Shown one piece after another: positions 12,716 through 24,187 of a stretch of DNA of 64,000 bases (positions are counted from its first letter, which is position 1; every line of letters begins with the position of its first letter). Both the position numbers and the translations under genes were made by a program. The notes under the pieces are model-generated. The model saw only the letters and a program-made list of their open reading frames with translations, was not told the origin of the DNA and did not search any database. The DNA comes from an uncultured Planctomycetota bacterium (GTDB taxonomy: Bacteria; Planctomycetota; Planctomycetia; Isosphaerales; Isosphaeraceae), in NCBI GenBank assembly GCA_963845755.1, contig CAWJTV010000001.1, positions 160,001 through 224,000 on the forward strand. Direction: 5' to 3'.

Positions 12716-13944
12716 ATGCAACGACGCTCTCATTCTAGCCCTGAACCCACCGAGCTACGAGTCCAGTACGATTCGGCCGTCGACGAAGAGTTCTGGGTGC
12801 TGACGACCGACGCGGGGCGCCGGTTGCTCGACGAGGTCGCATCCGTCCGAGCGATTGGCCCGGCGGACGTGTCTCGGTTCCGAAAACGGGCCGCGCCTGG
12901 GGTTGTGGCCGCCGCTGTCCGATTGTCGATCGCGCAGAAGAAGGCGGTCGCGAAGTTCGAGCGCGGGCGCGGATGTGGGTCGAGGCGACCGGTCTCGAGC
13001 AGGCGACCGCCGAGCCGGTCGCCCGGCACAAGGCCAGGCGGTTCGAGTCGGGTACGCTCGTCGTGGATCTCTGCGCGGGGATCGGTGGCGATGCAATCGC
13101 GCCGGCTGCGCGATCGCAGGTTTTGACGGTGGATCTCGATCCCGGGATGTGCCGGCGGATCGGCTGGAACGCCGCGGTCTACGATGTCGGTGATCGGGTC
13201 CTTGCGGTGCAGGCCCGGGCGGAAACCTTCACGATCCCTCGAGGGGCATGGGTCCATCTCGACCCGGACCGCCGGGCTGGCCGCAATCGCCGCGCCCGTG
13301 CGCTCGAGGATTACGCGCCTGGCCGCTCGGCGTGGGAGTCGATCGTCCGAAGGGTCCCTGGCGGGGCGATCAAGCTCAGCCCGGCCAGCGACTTCGCGAG
13401 GCACTTACCCGGACCTGGGTATGAAATCGAGCTGATCAGTCTCCGCGGCGAGTGCAAGGAGGCAACCGTCTGGTTCGGCGAGTTGGCCGGTTGCCGGCGG
13501 CGGGCGACTCGGCTACCCGAGGGCGTCACCTGGACTGACCGCGACATCGGGAGGCCCGGTCCCGTTCCGATCTCTCCGCTCTCGAATTGGATCTACGATC
13601 CCGACCCCGCACTTATCCGCGCCGGGCTGGTCGATGGGTACGCCCGGGCACACGGGCTCTGCCGTGTTGCCGGCGGGGTCGACTACCTGACCGCGGCCGT
13701 CCTCGTCGCAACGCCGTTCTTGAGCGCTTTCACCGTGCGCGACGTTGCGCCGATGGACCTGAAGCATTTGCGTCGGATGATCGAACGGCACCGCGTCGGG
13801 ACTCTGGAGATCAAGGTCCGCGGGGCGGACGTCGCGCCGGAAGCCCTCCGCTCGCAGTTGAGGCCCCGCGGCGCCGAGTCGGCCACGCTGCTGATTGTTG
13901 GTGGGACCGGCCCCGCACGCGCCGTGCTGGCTCAAAGAGGATAG
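12716..13944 (+). CDS. Class I SAM-dependent methyltransferase with THUMP-like C-terminus (frameshift near 12965)
   Basis: LEQAT, VVDLCAGIGGD, LDPDRR, IKLSPA, YDPDPALIRAG, LEIKVRG. Confidence 0.8.
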
Positions 13945-14016
13945 CAGGTCATGTCTCATTCCATCGATCCGGGCGGCGTCCGCCGTGGATCGAGTGCTCG
14001 GATTGCGCCAGGGCGA

Positions 14017-16518
14017 TCAGGGGTTCGGTCGCTCCGGCCTGGTGTCTGTTTTGCCGAGGGCAACCTTCTTGGCCTCGGCTTTATCCTGCCTGATCTTCGC
14101 TCCGACCGAATCGGTCGGCTCCCGTTTTCGCAGGGGATCAGCCGCGATCATCTTGATCAGGAGGTGGTTCGAGACGCCATTGGGCGTGGCGACGTCGATA
14201 CCCAGGAGGGGATTGCCCTCGGCGCTCGGGGTTGGAGAGGCGTCGCAGGAGACGGTGACCTCCAGCAAATTGCGACTGACGAGCACGGACCTGGCCGGTC
14301 TTCCGCCCGCGATCACGTGGGTATCGTGAACGCTGAAGTTTCTCCCTTCCACGAAGAGAGTCGACTCCACTCCCTGTTCGGGCGGCCGGCCATGCCAGCC
14401 GACTAGCGAGGGACGAAGTTGCAAGCCCAGTGAGCAGAAGATCCGTGAATCGTTGGCGTCGCCGCTGCTGGGAACCCGCACGACCATGCGCTGAGTGGGC
14501 ATCATGTCCTTGAGCTGCTCGAGACGCTCCGTGGCGATCAGGTATTCCTCCGGGCGATATTGCCCTTCCACCTTGGCCCGATTGAGGGCACTTTCCGCCG
14601 CGACGAGCTTACGGCCCAGGACCGAGGCTTTCTCCAGGTCCGACCTCTGGCCATCGCCCACCTCGCTGGTGCGGAACCAGTTGGCCACGGTGACGAACTC
14701 GATCTTGGGGATGAAATTGGGCATCTCGATCAGCGCCGTGCATTCCCGCTGGCCCGGCTCGATGCTCTGATCGTCGCCGATCGGGTTGGGCAAGCGGCCG
14801 TTGAGCAGAAGCGCGACGTCGGTCAGGAGTTGACCGTCACGGCCTCTCCGGCTCTGGATCCTCGGGTAGAAGACCCAGCCGAACGTACTCGGGCCGGCGC
14901 CGAAGCCGACCATGGTGGGGTTCAAGCGAATGGCCGTTTCATCATCCGCGGAGCGCCGGTCGGTCGTGAGTCCGGCGATCGCCCGGGTGGGACCGGCCAG
15001 GCTCGAGCCGACAAGGTCGAGGGCGGTCTGGGTCCGGCGGCTGTAGGCGTCGGCGACGTTCTGCTGGGCGATAACCGGCTCGATGGCATAGACGCGCAGC
15101 GGCCACTTCGCGTTGACGTAATGCTCGAAAGCACTCATCGCCTGGTCGGAGACCTCCGGCTCGAAGAAGCTCAGGCTCCTCAGAGTCTCCCGCTTCAGCG
15201 ACGGGTCTTGATCGGTCATGTCCTGCTTCAGGCGGCGGTTGATGCCGGCGGCCTGGATCCGCAAGGCGAATGTGAGAAGGCTCACGATTTCCGCGCGACG
15301 GCCGCTCCCTTCGACCTCCTCGTGTGCGACCTGGCCCGAGGTCTTCTGGACCTGGCCGTCCTTGGTACCGCGGCCCTGCAACTGGACGATCCGGGTGAAG
15401 TCTCGCCTGGCGATCTGGTCGCCGATCTCCTCGAGCGGATCGTAGGCCGAGGCGACCTTGGTGGAACGGACGGGGGTCGCGGCCTGCTCGAGGAGATGAT
15501 ACGACGTCTCCAGCTCGCCGCGGAGCCATTCTGCAACCCGCGCGGTGCGATGGTGGGGCTCGTCCCCGAGGTGCCTGGCGAGCTGATGCTCGATCTCCTC
15601 ACGGAGCCGTTCGATGCTGGCTTGCCCATAGAAAAGCTCGGTGTCGGCGAACGAGACCAGCGAGAACGGCCCGGCACTCGGCGCCGCGGGTTGGTCGTGG
15701 GCTTCCGTCCCCTGGTGGCAGACCGCCTGGGTCAGATTGTTGACCGTTTCATTGATCACGACATTCCTCAAGGCGCTGCGCAGCGTGTGCTTGGTCATGA
15801 GCGGCTTGGCAGAGACGCTGATGATCGCTCCTTTGCCCCTCCGGCTCCGCGGCCCGGGCGAGAGCGTCACCGGGATCCGGATCAAGTAGAGCCCATATCC
15901 CGGTCGGTCGGCCAGGTCGTCCCCCGCATTGATGCGCCGCAACTGGTTGAGGTGGTTCAGATAGTTGGAATGCTCGTCGAGCACCACGATCGGTTCCAGG
16001 GATGCCGGCGGCTTCGGGGCGGCCGTCGGGTTCGCTCCCGGAAGTGTCGCGCTCAGGCTGGCACGCTCCTGGTCGATCGAGCGGAGTTGGGTGGCATTGT
16101 CGGCGAGGGTTGGGTTTGCGGCGTTCGCGGCCTTCGGCCCGGGATTCGCCCCCGCCTGGATGAGCGTCGCCTCGGTCTCGCCGCGATAAACCGAAGCATT
16201 GATATCCCCCCGGAACCCTAACTTCAGCCACTCGGCCATCTGGGCCTCGTACTCCGAGCGGAATTTCGCCAGACGGTCCTGACCCCAGACATCGGGGGTC
16301 TTGACGTCGATCGTCCCGTAGGAGGTCATCACGCGATCGAGCTCGTCGATCATCTGCTCCGCCTCGGGGAGCCGGATCGGTTCGTCGATCTTCATGCCCA
16401 AGCTCGCCGGACGGAGCCCCTCACCGGTCCCCACACAGGCCACTCCCGGCATCACGATCGCCGCGAGCAAACTCGCGCGCGCGGCGAACGACAGTCCAGC
16501 CCGTCGTCGAGTGACCAT
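14017..16518 (-). CDS. Large exported hypothetical protein, possible lipoprotein
   Basis: Long GC3-rich ORF; MVTRRRAG..LLAAIVMPGVAC signal/lipobox-like start; C-terminal IPT-like VEGRNFS..VATPNGVSN. Confidence 0.65.
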   Translation of the reverse strand: MVTRRRAGLSFAARASLLAAIVMPGVACVGTGEGLRPASLGMKIDEPIRLPEAEQMIDELDRVMTSYGTIDVKTPDVWGQDRLAKFRSEYEAQMAEWLKLGFRGDINASVYRGETEATLIQAGANPGPKAANAANPTLADNATQLRSIDQERASLSATLPGANPTAAPKPPASLEPIVVLDEHSNYLNHLNQLRRINAGDDLADRPGYGLYLIRIPVTLSPGPRSRRGKGAIISVSAKPLMTKHTLRSALRNVVINETVNNLTQAVCHQGTEAHDQPAAPSAGPFSLVSFADTELFYGQASIERLREEIEHQLARHLGDEPHHRTARVAEWLRGELETSYHLLEQAATPVRSTKVASAYDPLEEIGDQIARRDFTRIVQLQGRGTKDGQVQKTSGQVAHEEVEGSGRRAEIVSLLTFALRIQAAGINRRLKQDMTDQDPSLKRETLRSLSFFEPEVSDQAMSAFEHYVNAKWPLRVYAIEPVIAQQNVADAYSRRTQTALDLVGSSLAGPTRAIAGLTTDRRSADDETAIRLNPTMVGFGAGPSTFGWVFYPRIQSRRGRDGQLLTDVALLLNGRLPNPIGDDQSIEPGQRECTALIEMPNFIPKIEFVTVANWFRTSEVGDGQRSDLEKASVLGRKLVAAESALNRAKVEGQYRPEEYLIATERLEQLKDMMPTQRMVVRVPSSGDANDSRIFCSLGLQLRPSLVGWHGRPPEQGVESTLFVEGRNFSVHDTHVIAGGRPARSVLVSRNLLEVTVSCDASPTPSAEGNPLLGIDVATPNGVSNHLLIKMIAADPLRKREPTDSVGAKIRQDKAEAKKVALGKTDTRPERPNP

Positions 16519-16854
16519 GAACCCCCCGCGTCCGGGCCGTTCGACCCCGACGTTGACAAGTTTCGCGATGTGCTTGTAGTTCGGACTGCGAGGTCCGGCC
16601 AGGGACGCTCGCAGGCCATCGCGCGATCCCCGCTTCCCGAACTCCGCGCCTTCCAAGTCGTCTTCCGGTGGGTTCGCGTGCCCTGGATTCGCCGCGATCC
16701 CACCTCTTCTTTGCGATGTGAAACGACCTGCTCGCGTGCAACGCGGCATTATCGGGAAGACCCCGCGGCTGTCAACCTCGAATCATCCCGGGCGGACATT
16801 TCGCGAACCCGCGTCTTGACGATCTCGGCCGATCGAGACTTCGCGTGCATCTTC

Positions 16855-19800
16855 TCAAAGTCTCTCGATCGAGGGATCGCCCAGCTCGTCCATCGCCGAG
16901 GTGTGATACTCGACCAGCGGGGCCTCGGGAGATCCGTTGCCATCGGCGGCCGCCCCGTTGCCGTCGCTCATCCCTTCATCCCCAACCGGGACCGGCTCGA
17001 CGGGCGCCACCCGCGCACCATTGCCAATGGGCGGGACGGGGCCCTCGGGGCGCGGTCGGACGGCGAACTTCTGCTTCACCTCGTTGAGCCATTCCGCCTC
17101 GGGCAGGCCGTAGGGGCGGAACTTCTCGATCCGGTTCTCTTCCTCGCTGTAATAGAGGGCCCGGTTCTCGCCCAGCTTGCTGGCCGCGGGGGCGTCGATC
17201 ATCGTGCTCGAGTCGTTGGAGCTCATCTGGAACAGGATGCGGTTCTCGAATTCCTTCATCCCCTGACGATCGAGGGTCCGGTTCAGGTTGTTGACGCTGT
17301 CGCACCAGACCATCGTGTGGATGCCCAACGGCGGGCCGTCGCGGAGGATGTCGCCGAAGAGCTTCGAAGGCGGCATGGGCTTGTCCTCGTCGTATCGCGA
17401 GAACCCGAAATCATCGTCCGACTTGCGGAGGTCGCGGAACCGCTGGATGTCGTAGATGAAGATGAAGATCGGGACCTGGTCCTCGGTGGCCTCGGTCTGA
17501 CGCCGGCCGATCTCCGCGGCGAGATCGGTGAAGGTCGAGCCCAGGTCGCGCCAGGTGACGTTCTTGATCGAGTGCGGGACGATCTCCGCGAGGTTGCCGA
17601 GCTTGCCGTGGAGCCAGGAATCGACGGGACTGCCGTCGAGGAGGTAGAAGCGGCACGCCCGGCGGCTGGTCGGCGGGTGCTGGGCGGAGATGCTCAGGAT
17701 CGACATCATCATCATCGCCAGTGCCGCCTCGTCGTTCTGGCCGACGATCAGGACGTTGCTGCCGCTCTGCGGGCGGAAGACGATGCAGGTGGGGTCCTTG
17801 ATGGCGATCGCGTCGCCCAGCCAGGCCGTGTTGACCTTGGCGGGCTCGGCCGGCCACTCGGTCGCCTCGAGCAAGGGGATTCAGGAGCGGGTTCTTGCTC
17901 ACGTCGGCCGGCAGGTTCCCCTCGAAGACGATCGGCGGCGGCTTCTGGATGTTGCGGTCCTTCGCCATCTTCTTCATGAGCTCCAGGTACGCCTCGCGCT
18001 TATCATCCGAGAGCCAGACGACCTGGAAGAGGTTGTTCCCCTCCATCATGCCGTTGGCGTCGTTGTAGATGGCCTCGCCGGGCCGGGTCAGCAGGCGGGC
18101 CGCGGTGTTGTCCTCGCTCAGGATCAGGTGGGCGTCGGCCTCGCTGCATTGCAGGGCGATGCGTACGGCCATCTGTCCCAGCGTGGCCCTGGGCAGCGAG
18201 TACGAGCCGCCCAGGGTCTGCGAACCCAGCATGACGTGCATGCCGAAGGCACGACCTTGCCGGACCAGCCGGTCCATCAGCAGAGAGACTTCCTGAGCAA
18301 TCTTGTCATCCTCGACGAAGAACTCCTGGAACTCGTCGATGACCAGGAGGATGCGCGGCATGGGCACGTCGGGCCGGGCTTCGCGGAAGCCGGCCACGTC
18401 CTGACAGCCCACCTCCCGGTAGATTTCGCCGCGTTCCTTCATCTCGACGTCCAGCCGCTGGAGCACGCTCAGGCCGAACTCGCGCTCGCTCTCCACCGCG
18501 ATGACCCGGGCGTGGGGCAGCGCCATCGCGGCATAGACCTTGAACTCGACGCCTTTCTTGAAGTCGATCAGGTAGAGCTCGAGCTGGTTGGGATCGTAGC
18601 GGAGTGCGCCGTTGGTGATCATCGCGTGCAGCATGGTCGACTTGCCCGAGCCCGTCTTGCCGGAGGTCAGGGCGTGCTGCGAGGTCCCCTTGCCCAGGAT
18701 GAAGTGCTGGAGCTTGGTGGCCCCGGCGCGGCCCAGCGGGATGTCGATGATCTTGGCGCTGTTGAACGTCCAGAACTGGTCGGGCTTCGGCGCGATGAAC
18801 TCGAACGGGACCTCGACGCGATTGGCGTCGCGGGCCGCGGCTCCGACCTTGTGGAGGATCTGCGAGAACCGGGCCTGGTCGGGGGGGGCGTCCAGGGCCA
18901 GCGGGTACCGGCCGAGGTTCGGCTCGCGCCAGTTGAGTTTGTTGTCCTTCCAGATCATGTTGACGCAGTGGTTCTCGATGTCCTTCAACTGGAAGCCCGA
19001 GGGGAGCTGGAGCTTCGTGTCCAGGAGGATCAGCGCATACACGCCGCACCGCGCCCCGCTGCTGACGATGCTGACCAGCCGTCGGATCGCGTTGTCGTTG
19101 AAGTTCGTCGGGAAGTTGGCGACGACCACCACGCGGAACGGCTCGGCGACCTCACCGGCCATCGTGTTGTATTCCTCGATCGTCTCGAACTCATTGCGCA
19201 GGTACTTCTGAATGACGTTCTCCATGTGCTCGGTCAGGTCGGTCAGCCGCTGCTCGATGTGAGGGGCCTCGGTCCAGATGCGGTTGGTCACCAGCAGCTC
19301 GTGATAGTCGCCCAGGTGCATGAAGGCGGCGAAATTCTCGCCCAGTCCGACCGGGTCGATGATGGTGAAGCGGACCTTGCCGGCCGGGATCGAGGTCAGA
19401 TAACGGAGCATCAGGGCCTGGAGCAAGGGGACGGCCTGGTCCTTGCCGCCGTCGGCCGCACGGATGAGCATCGAGCCGTGGATGGGGAACGGCAGGAGGG
19501 CGGGCAGGTCCCAGTGGGTCGGCACCGACTTGAGCCGAGGATCGCGCGGCACGCCGTTGGGAAACTGGTTCAGATCGACCGAGAAGAGGCCGAACTGGAG
19601 GCCCGGTGGGACCTCGGTCGGTGGCTTCCAGCCGTCGAGCTCCGGCCGGTTCCACTCCAGGAATCGACGCTCGGCTTCCTCGTTGACCCCACGCAGCGAC
19701 TCGTCGACCTTCGCCATGCCGGTGGTCCAGTTCTGGATCAGGTTCTGCCAGGCCTGGTCATAGGCCAGCTTGGTGGTCTCCTTGAGCTTGCGCTGCGACT

Positions 19801-21037
19801 CGTCGAGCTCCTGCTTGTCCTGGGCGTACTTCTTCTTGATGGCCTCGACGAGGGGCGGGTACTTCGCGTTGACCTTCTTGAGGTCCTCGTCGCGCTTCTG
19901 GCGGATCTGTTCGGCCTTGGCGGGGAACTTCTCGTCGGCGGCCTTGCGCTGGTCCTCGCGGCGCTGCTGGGCCTCGCCCACCAGCCGATTCATGGTCTCC
20001 TCGGCCTCGCGGACCCGGTTGGTCCGCCGATCCTCGAACTCCTTGATCTTCGCCTCGTACTCCTTCTTGACCCAATCCTGGTTCTGCTCGACGAGCTGCT
20101 CGGCCTCCTCGAGGCTCTTCCGGAGCGGGACGGCGTGGCGCTGCACGCGCGGTTTGGCCATCGAAGCCAGGCCGAGATAGGCCCCCACGCCGGCTCCGAT
20201 CGCGGCGATACCCCCCGCAATGCCGGCTCCGGTCCAGCCGATCGCCGTCTGGGTGCCCAGCGCGGCGGCAATGCCGCCGCCCAGGAGCAGGAATGGCCAG
20301 ACAAAGGTCTGGGGTTGCAGGAACTTGGGGAGCTTGAGCGCGTCGAGGGCCGCCAGGTCATCCACCATCCGGATCAGGTCGAGCCGGAGCCGCGAGAGAG
20401 GATCATCGCCGGTGGGGAGTTCCGGCGCTTCGGTCGGAGCGTCTCCGTCAGTCGTCGCCTCGCTCTCCGGCGGAGGGGCCACGACCGGCTCGGCCGCGCG
20501 GGCCGCCAGGATCGCCTCCGCCTCCTCGGGAGTGGCCAGCGACAGCCGGCCGCACCGCTTGAGCAGGTATTTCGCCTCTTCCTGACGGACATGCAGCTCC
20601 TCGATCGCGACCGACCAGTTGGCCTCGGTCGCACGCCGCCACTTGGTCCCCTCGTCGCGCGTCCCCTCGAAGACCGTCAGCGCGTGCCAGCCGGTCTCCT
20701 CCTTGGCCTTCTTGGCCTTGCGCTGCTCCTTCTTGAACTGGTCGTCGATCTGCTGCTTGGTCTGCGCGTACTGGGCATCACACGCCTGGGCATCGCGCTG
20801 GTACGTCTGGAGGGCCGATTGGCGCGCCCGGGCATACTCGGACTCCATGCTCTCGAGGTCAACCTTGAACTTGGAGGCAAGCTGATGAGAAGCCGCCTGG
20901 CACTCCTTCTCTTCCCGGTCGATCCGGCGGCGGAACCCGGTCTCGGTGTCCGTCTCGTCCTTGGCCCGGGCCGCGATCAACGCTTCCAGGTCGTTCAGCG
21001 AGGTTGTCTCGATTTGGACAAGTGGCGACTCAGGCAT
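16855..21037 (-). CDS. Membrane-anchored FtsK/SpoIIIE ATPase, type VII secretion (EccC/EssC-like) (frameshift near 17875)
   Basis: Coiled coils flanking 2 TM helices; GKTGSGKS Walker A, LIDFKKGVEF, ILLVIDEFQE Walker B, RQGRAFGMH; two flanking degenerate ATPase-like domains. Confidence 0.9.
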
Positions 21038-21225
21038 GGTGCGTGGTCCTGGTGTTGTCGTGAGCGGCGAGTCGCGAGTCGTGGCAACGGACAAGTAAGA
21101 CGATGCCTCACGTCCCGAGGAACGTCGATCGGGCCTGTTGGGTGGGATCGTGAGACCCGCATTCAACGTGACCGGCCGGTCCTGGATGGTTTCAGATTCG
21201 CCCTTCGCCATTCACCGATACGATG

Positions 21226-21438
21226 TCAATCTTCCTTACACTGAGCACGGATCTTCCCCAGGGTTTCCGAGAGCTTTTCCATGCCAATCATCGCATGCTT
21301 GGCGTGCTGCTCGAGGGGAATGATGTGGTTCTTTTCGAAATCACGCGCGTTGGCGTCGGCCCAGGTCTCCTTGGCGATGTCCCACTGTTCGCGCAAGTGT
21401 TTGAGGGCATGTTGCAGCCGTCCCGACTGAGCGCTCAT
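21226..21438 (-). CDS. Small WXG100-like protein (70 aa, central W-A-D)
   Basis: LREQWDIAKETWADANARDFEKNHIIPLE; helical; lies in the WXG/FtsK operon. Confidence 0.7.
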   Translation of the reverse strand: MSAQSGRLQHALKHLREQWDIAKETWADANARDFEKNHIIPLEQHAKHAMIGMEKLSETLGKIRAQCKED

Positions 21439-21564
21439 TTTCGTAGTCCTTAGGTCCGTGTGTCCTTGAGAAGATCGCGGATGCCGTCCTTCCGGTTCCC
21501 GGTCGTCGGCAAGTACCTGAGCAGCCCGCGGATGCCACCTGGCGTCACTCGCGGACGGACCGAC

Positions 21565-22215
21565 TCAAGGATTCGAGTTGGCCGGCTGGGTTACCGCTCC
21601 CGGAGTCGTTGCCGTTGCGGCTTCATCGTTCTGCTGGCCGTCGGTCGAGTCGGCCGTGGCCGTGGCAGCCGCGCTGCCCGCGGCCGTCGGCGCCGTGGAG
21701 GTCGTGCCGGCCGGCTCGTTCCGGGCGCCGTGGGTACGGCCGTCGCCAGGTAGGCTTCCAACGACCGGGTCATCTTCTCCAGCGCGGCCACCGAGCGATC
21801 AAAGCCGCCAGCGAGGTGGTCGCCCAGCGGTTGGGAGTGGGAATGATACTCGGCGATCGCGTGGTGAAGCATCGGGATCAGCTTCTTCACCAGCGCCACC
21901 TTCTCCTCGGCCACCCGGAGACGCCGCTGCGCCTCGCGCAGCGCCTCCTTCTGGTCGGCGTCGGAGACCGCCTCGCTCCCCTGCTGCGAGATCTTGCGGC
22001 GGTGCAGATCCGCTCGCGCCTGCATCAACTCCTCCTGCCGGCGTTTGATCTGCGCCTGCCAGTAGCCGAGCTGGTCCCGCTCGAGCCAGTCGCGCATCCG
22101 CCGCAGTTCCATGTCCACGCCACTAAGCGAGTTGCGCATCTTCCGCGAAGATGATCATCGCGTTCTTGAAGTCTTTGAGCGTCTGGACAGACAACACATT
22201 GGCAGTTCGGCTCAT
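21565..22215 (-). CDS. Coiled-coil protein of the WXG100/FtsK operon (frameshifts near 22136 and 21720)
   Basis: MSRTANVLSVQTLKDFKNAMIIFAED joins RNSLSGVDMELRRMRDWLERDQLGYWQ...; Ala/Thr-rich tail in shifted frame ends TGA at 21565. Confidence 0.7.
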
Positions 22216-22402
22216 GCTTCTTTGTCCTTGGGTCCTGGAGCCCTTGAGTCCTGGAGTCTTCGAGTTCCTGTCCCTTGCCGTGATTGGCCACGCCATCGCC
22301 TGATGGCTTCATCGTGACCGCCGTCGCCGGCATGTCCCGACTCGCAGGCGATCCGAGCCGACAAGGGACCGAGGACTCGAGGACCCAAGGAATTAAGAAC
22401 AT

Positions 22403-22675
22403 TTACCGCTGTTGCAGGTACTCCTCGATGCGTTCCGCCTTGCGGAGCAAGAACGGGATGTGCTGATTGGTCGAGTCGACGAACCGCTTGACCACCTGGA
22501 GGGTCTGCTCGAATTCCTCGACGAACTTGTCGTGCTCTCGGTCGCGCCAGGACTGGCTCAGGCCGCTGAGCTGACCGTGCAACGTGGTCAACTGGGTCAT
22601 CATTTCATTGTTGAACTGCTTGAGCCGGGCGGCGAATCGGCGGAGTTCTTCCGGGTTGACGATGGCTTGAGCCAT
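22403..22675 (-). CDS. WXG100 family type VII secretion target (90 aa, W-R-D variant)
   Basis: MAQAIVNPEELRRFA..LSQSWRDREHDKFVEEF..LLRKAERIEEYL; GAGG RBS. Confidence 0.88.
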   Translation of the reverse strand: MAQAIVNPEELRRFAARLKQFNNEMMTQLTTLHGQLSGLSQSWRDREHDKFVEEFEQTLQVVKRFVDSTNQHIPFLLRKAERIEEYLQQR

Positions 22676-23443
22676 TTCGTGCCTCACTTCCGCGACGGGA
22701 ACGGGTGAATTCCACGCGACGCCGCCGCGCCGGCAGTCTGCTGCGACGACCGCATTCCACGCGATGCAACGTCGTGACTTGTTTCTCTCGATGGTATTCG
22801 CCGCGACGCTGGCTGTAAAGTCGCGCGTCTCCTGAACAGCGCCGTACCCCCATTCCGCGAGCCCCCTCCTTGACTCCCCTTCCCGCCGCCGTGACGCCGT
22901 GACGACATCCGAGTCCGACTGCGATCTCGACCCGACCAAGAATCGGCGTTTTCCCATGTCACCTGCGGCAAGGTTAGCGCCTTGCCGGCACTTATCGCTC
23001 GCCCCATCCGATGCTTACAATCAAGCTGTATCGTATGCCGATAGGCTTAGGATTGCGATTTTGATGTCTTTTTAGTCCAGATCAGAGACATTCCACGGCG
23101 CTCTCTTGATGATTTGAAGAACGATTGCCCCCGTGTGCTGCCCCAAGAAAATCGTACGTTGTTTTTAGTGAACGCCACCAGGGATTTGGGGCAGGAAGAG
23201 GTAGCTTTTGCCTTGGAGATCCGGTAAACCATAGAACTCAGGTTTCGCACTGGTCTGGGCCGAGGGACGAGTTGCGCGATTCGCGACGAGCATCGATTTT
23301 CTGAAACGAGGCTGCCTTTTGGTTGCGTTTTCGAATGGATACGGCCGCTCGATCGCGGTAGGAGCCCATGTCCCATGACCATCCGAGCGCGGGACTTTGA
23401 GAATCCTTCAAGTTCACGTTTTGAGAAGAAGGAGTATTGCAGC

Positions 23444-24160
23444 ATGAAAAAACATCGGAGACTCCTCTGGAGTCTGGGCCTGAGTGCCTTGTTGGGCCTC
23501 ATGGCCGGTAACGCTCAAGCCGGATCGATCACGTTGAGCGTCGATCTGGGCGGAGTCGTGATTTTCACAGCGACTTCCGTGGCGCCGGATCAAACGGTCT
23601 CGGCGAATCTGATCGCATTGAACGCTGCTTTGACAGCGCACGGTTCGGCGTACCAGTTCTCGTCGCTCAGTACCAACAGCAACTATACTGGTGGCGCCTT
23701 CGGATCCTTGCAGACCAACGCCCAGATCAATACCTCGGGCGGCGGCACGACCACGGCCACTCTTTCGATTGACGCGAGCCAGGATGGTTTCCTCTCCCCG
23801 ACGGGCGTTAATGGATACCTGGTGAGTTCGTTGGCCGCGAATTCTTCCATCACGACATCGGGGACCCTGGCGTACACCAGCGACTATCAGGGGATTCCGT
23901 CAGCAACTTTGACGGCCACCGCGCCCGGAGTCGATTCCGCTATGACTCCGCCGCAGGCCGTCGGAGTGATCCCCCCGAGCTACTCGCTGTCGAACCATTT
24001 CTCGATCAACCTCGCCGATAATATCGGTACCTCGGTAGGTGCCACGGGCACGGCCACGCTCAACGCCATTCCCGAACCGGCGAGTGTTGTCATGATGTTG
24101 ACCAGCATGCCCGTGCCCTTCGTGGTCATGGGTCTTCTCCGCCGTAATCGCAAGGTCTGA
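23444..24160 (+). CDS. PEP-CTERM sorted surface protein
   Basis: AAGGAG RBS, signal peptide ending AQA, Ser/Thr/Gly-rich body, IPEPASVVMM-hydrophobic-LLRRNRKV. Confidence 0.85.
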   Translation: MKKHRRLLWSLGLSALLGLMAGNAQAGSITLSVDLGGVVIFTATSVAPDQTVSANLIALNAALTAHGSAYQFSSLSTNSNYTGGAFGSLQTNAQINTSGGGTTTATLSIDASQDGFLSPTGVNGYLVSSLAANSSITTSGTLAYTSDYQGIPSATLTATAPGVDSAMTPPQAVGVIPPSYSLSNHFSINLADNIGTSVGATGTATLNAIPEPASVVMMLTSMPVPFVVMGLLRRNRKV

Positions 24161-24187
24161 ACGGCTTGATCGATCGATCTTAAGGGG

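Noticed and set aside
17860..17890. Programmed frameshift or split EccCa/EccCb-type ATPase
   Set aside because: Shift sits in a C-run like the many other indels; no slippery heptamer or RBS for a second gene
17690..21244. 1184-aa plus-strand ORF and similar long ORFs (14560-16221, 33815-35608, 52514-54199, 57754-59385)
   Set aside because: Antisense shadows of well-supported genes, expected in high-GC DNA; no motifs of their own
23015..23045. sigma28-like GCCGATA promoter
   Set aside because: Spacing to a -35 element is not consistent; too weak to call
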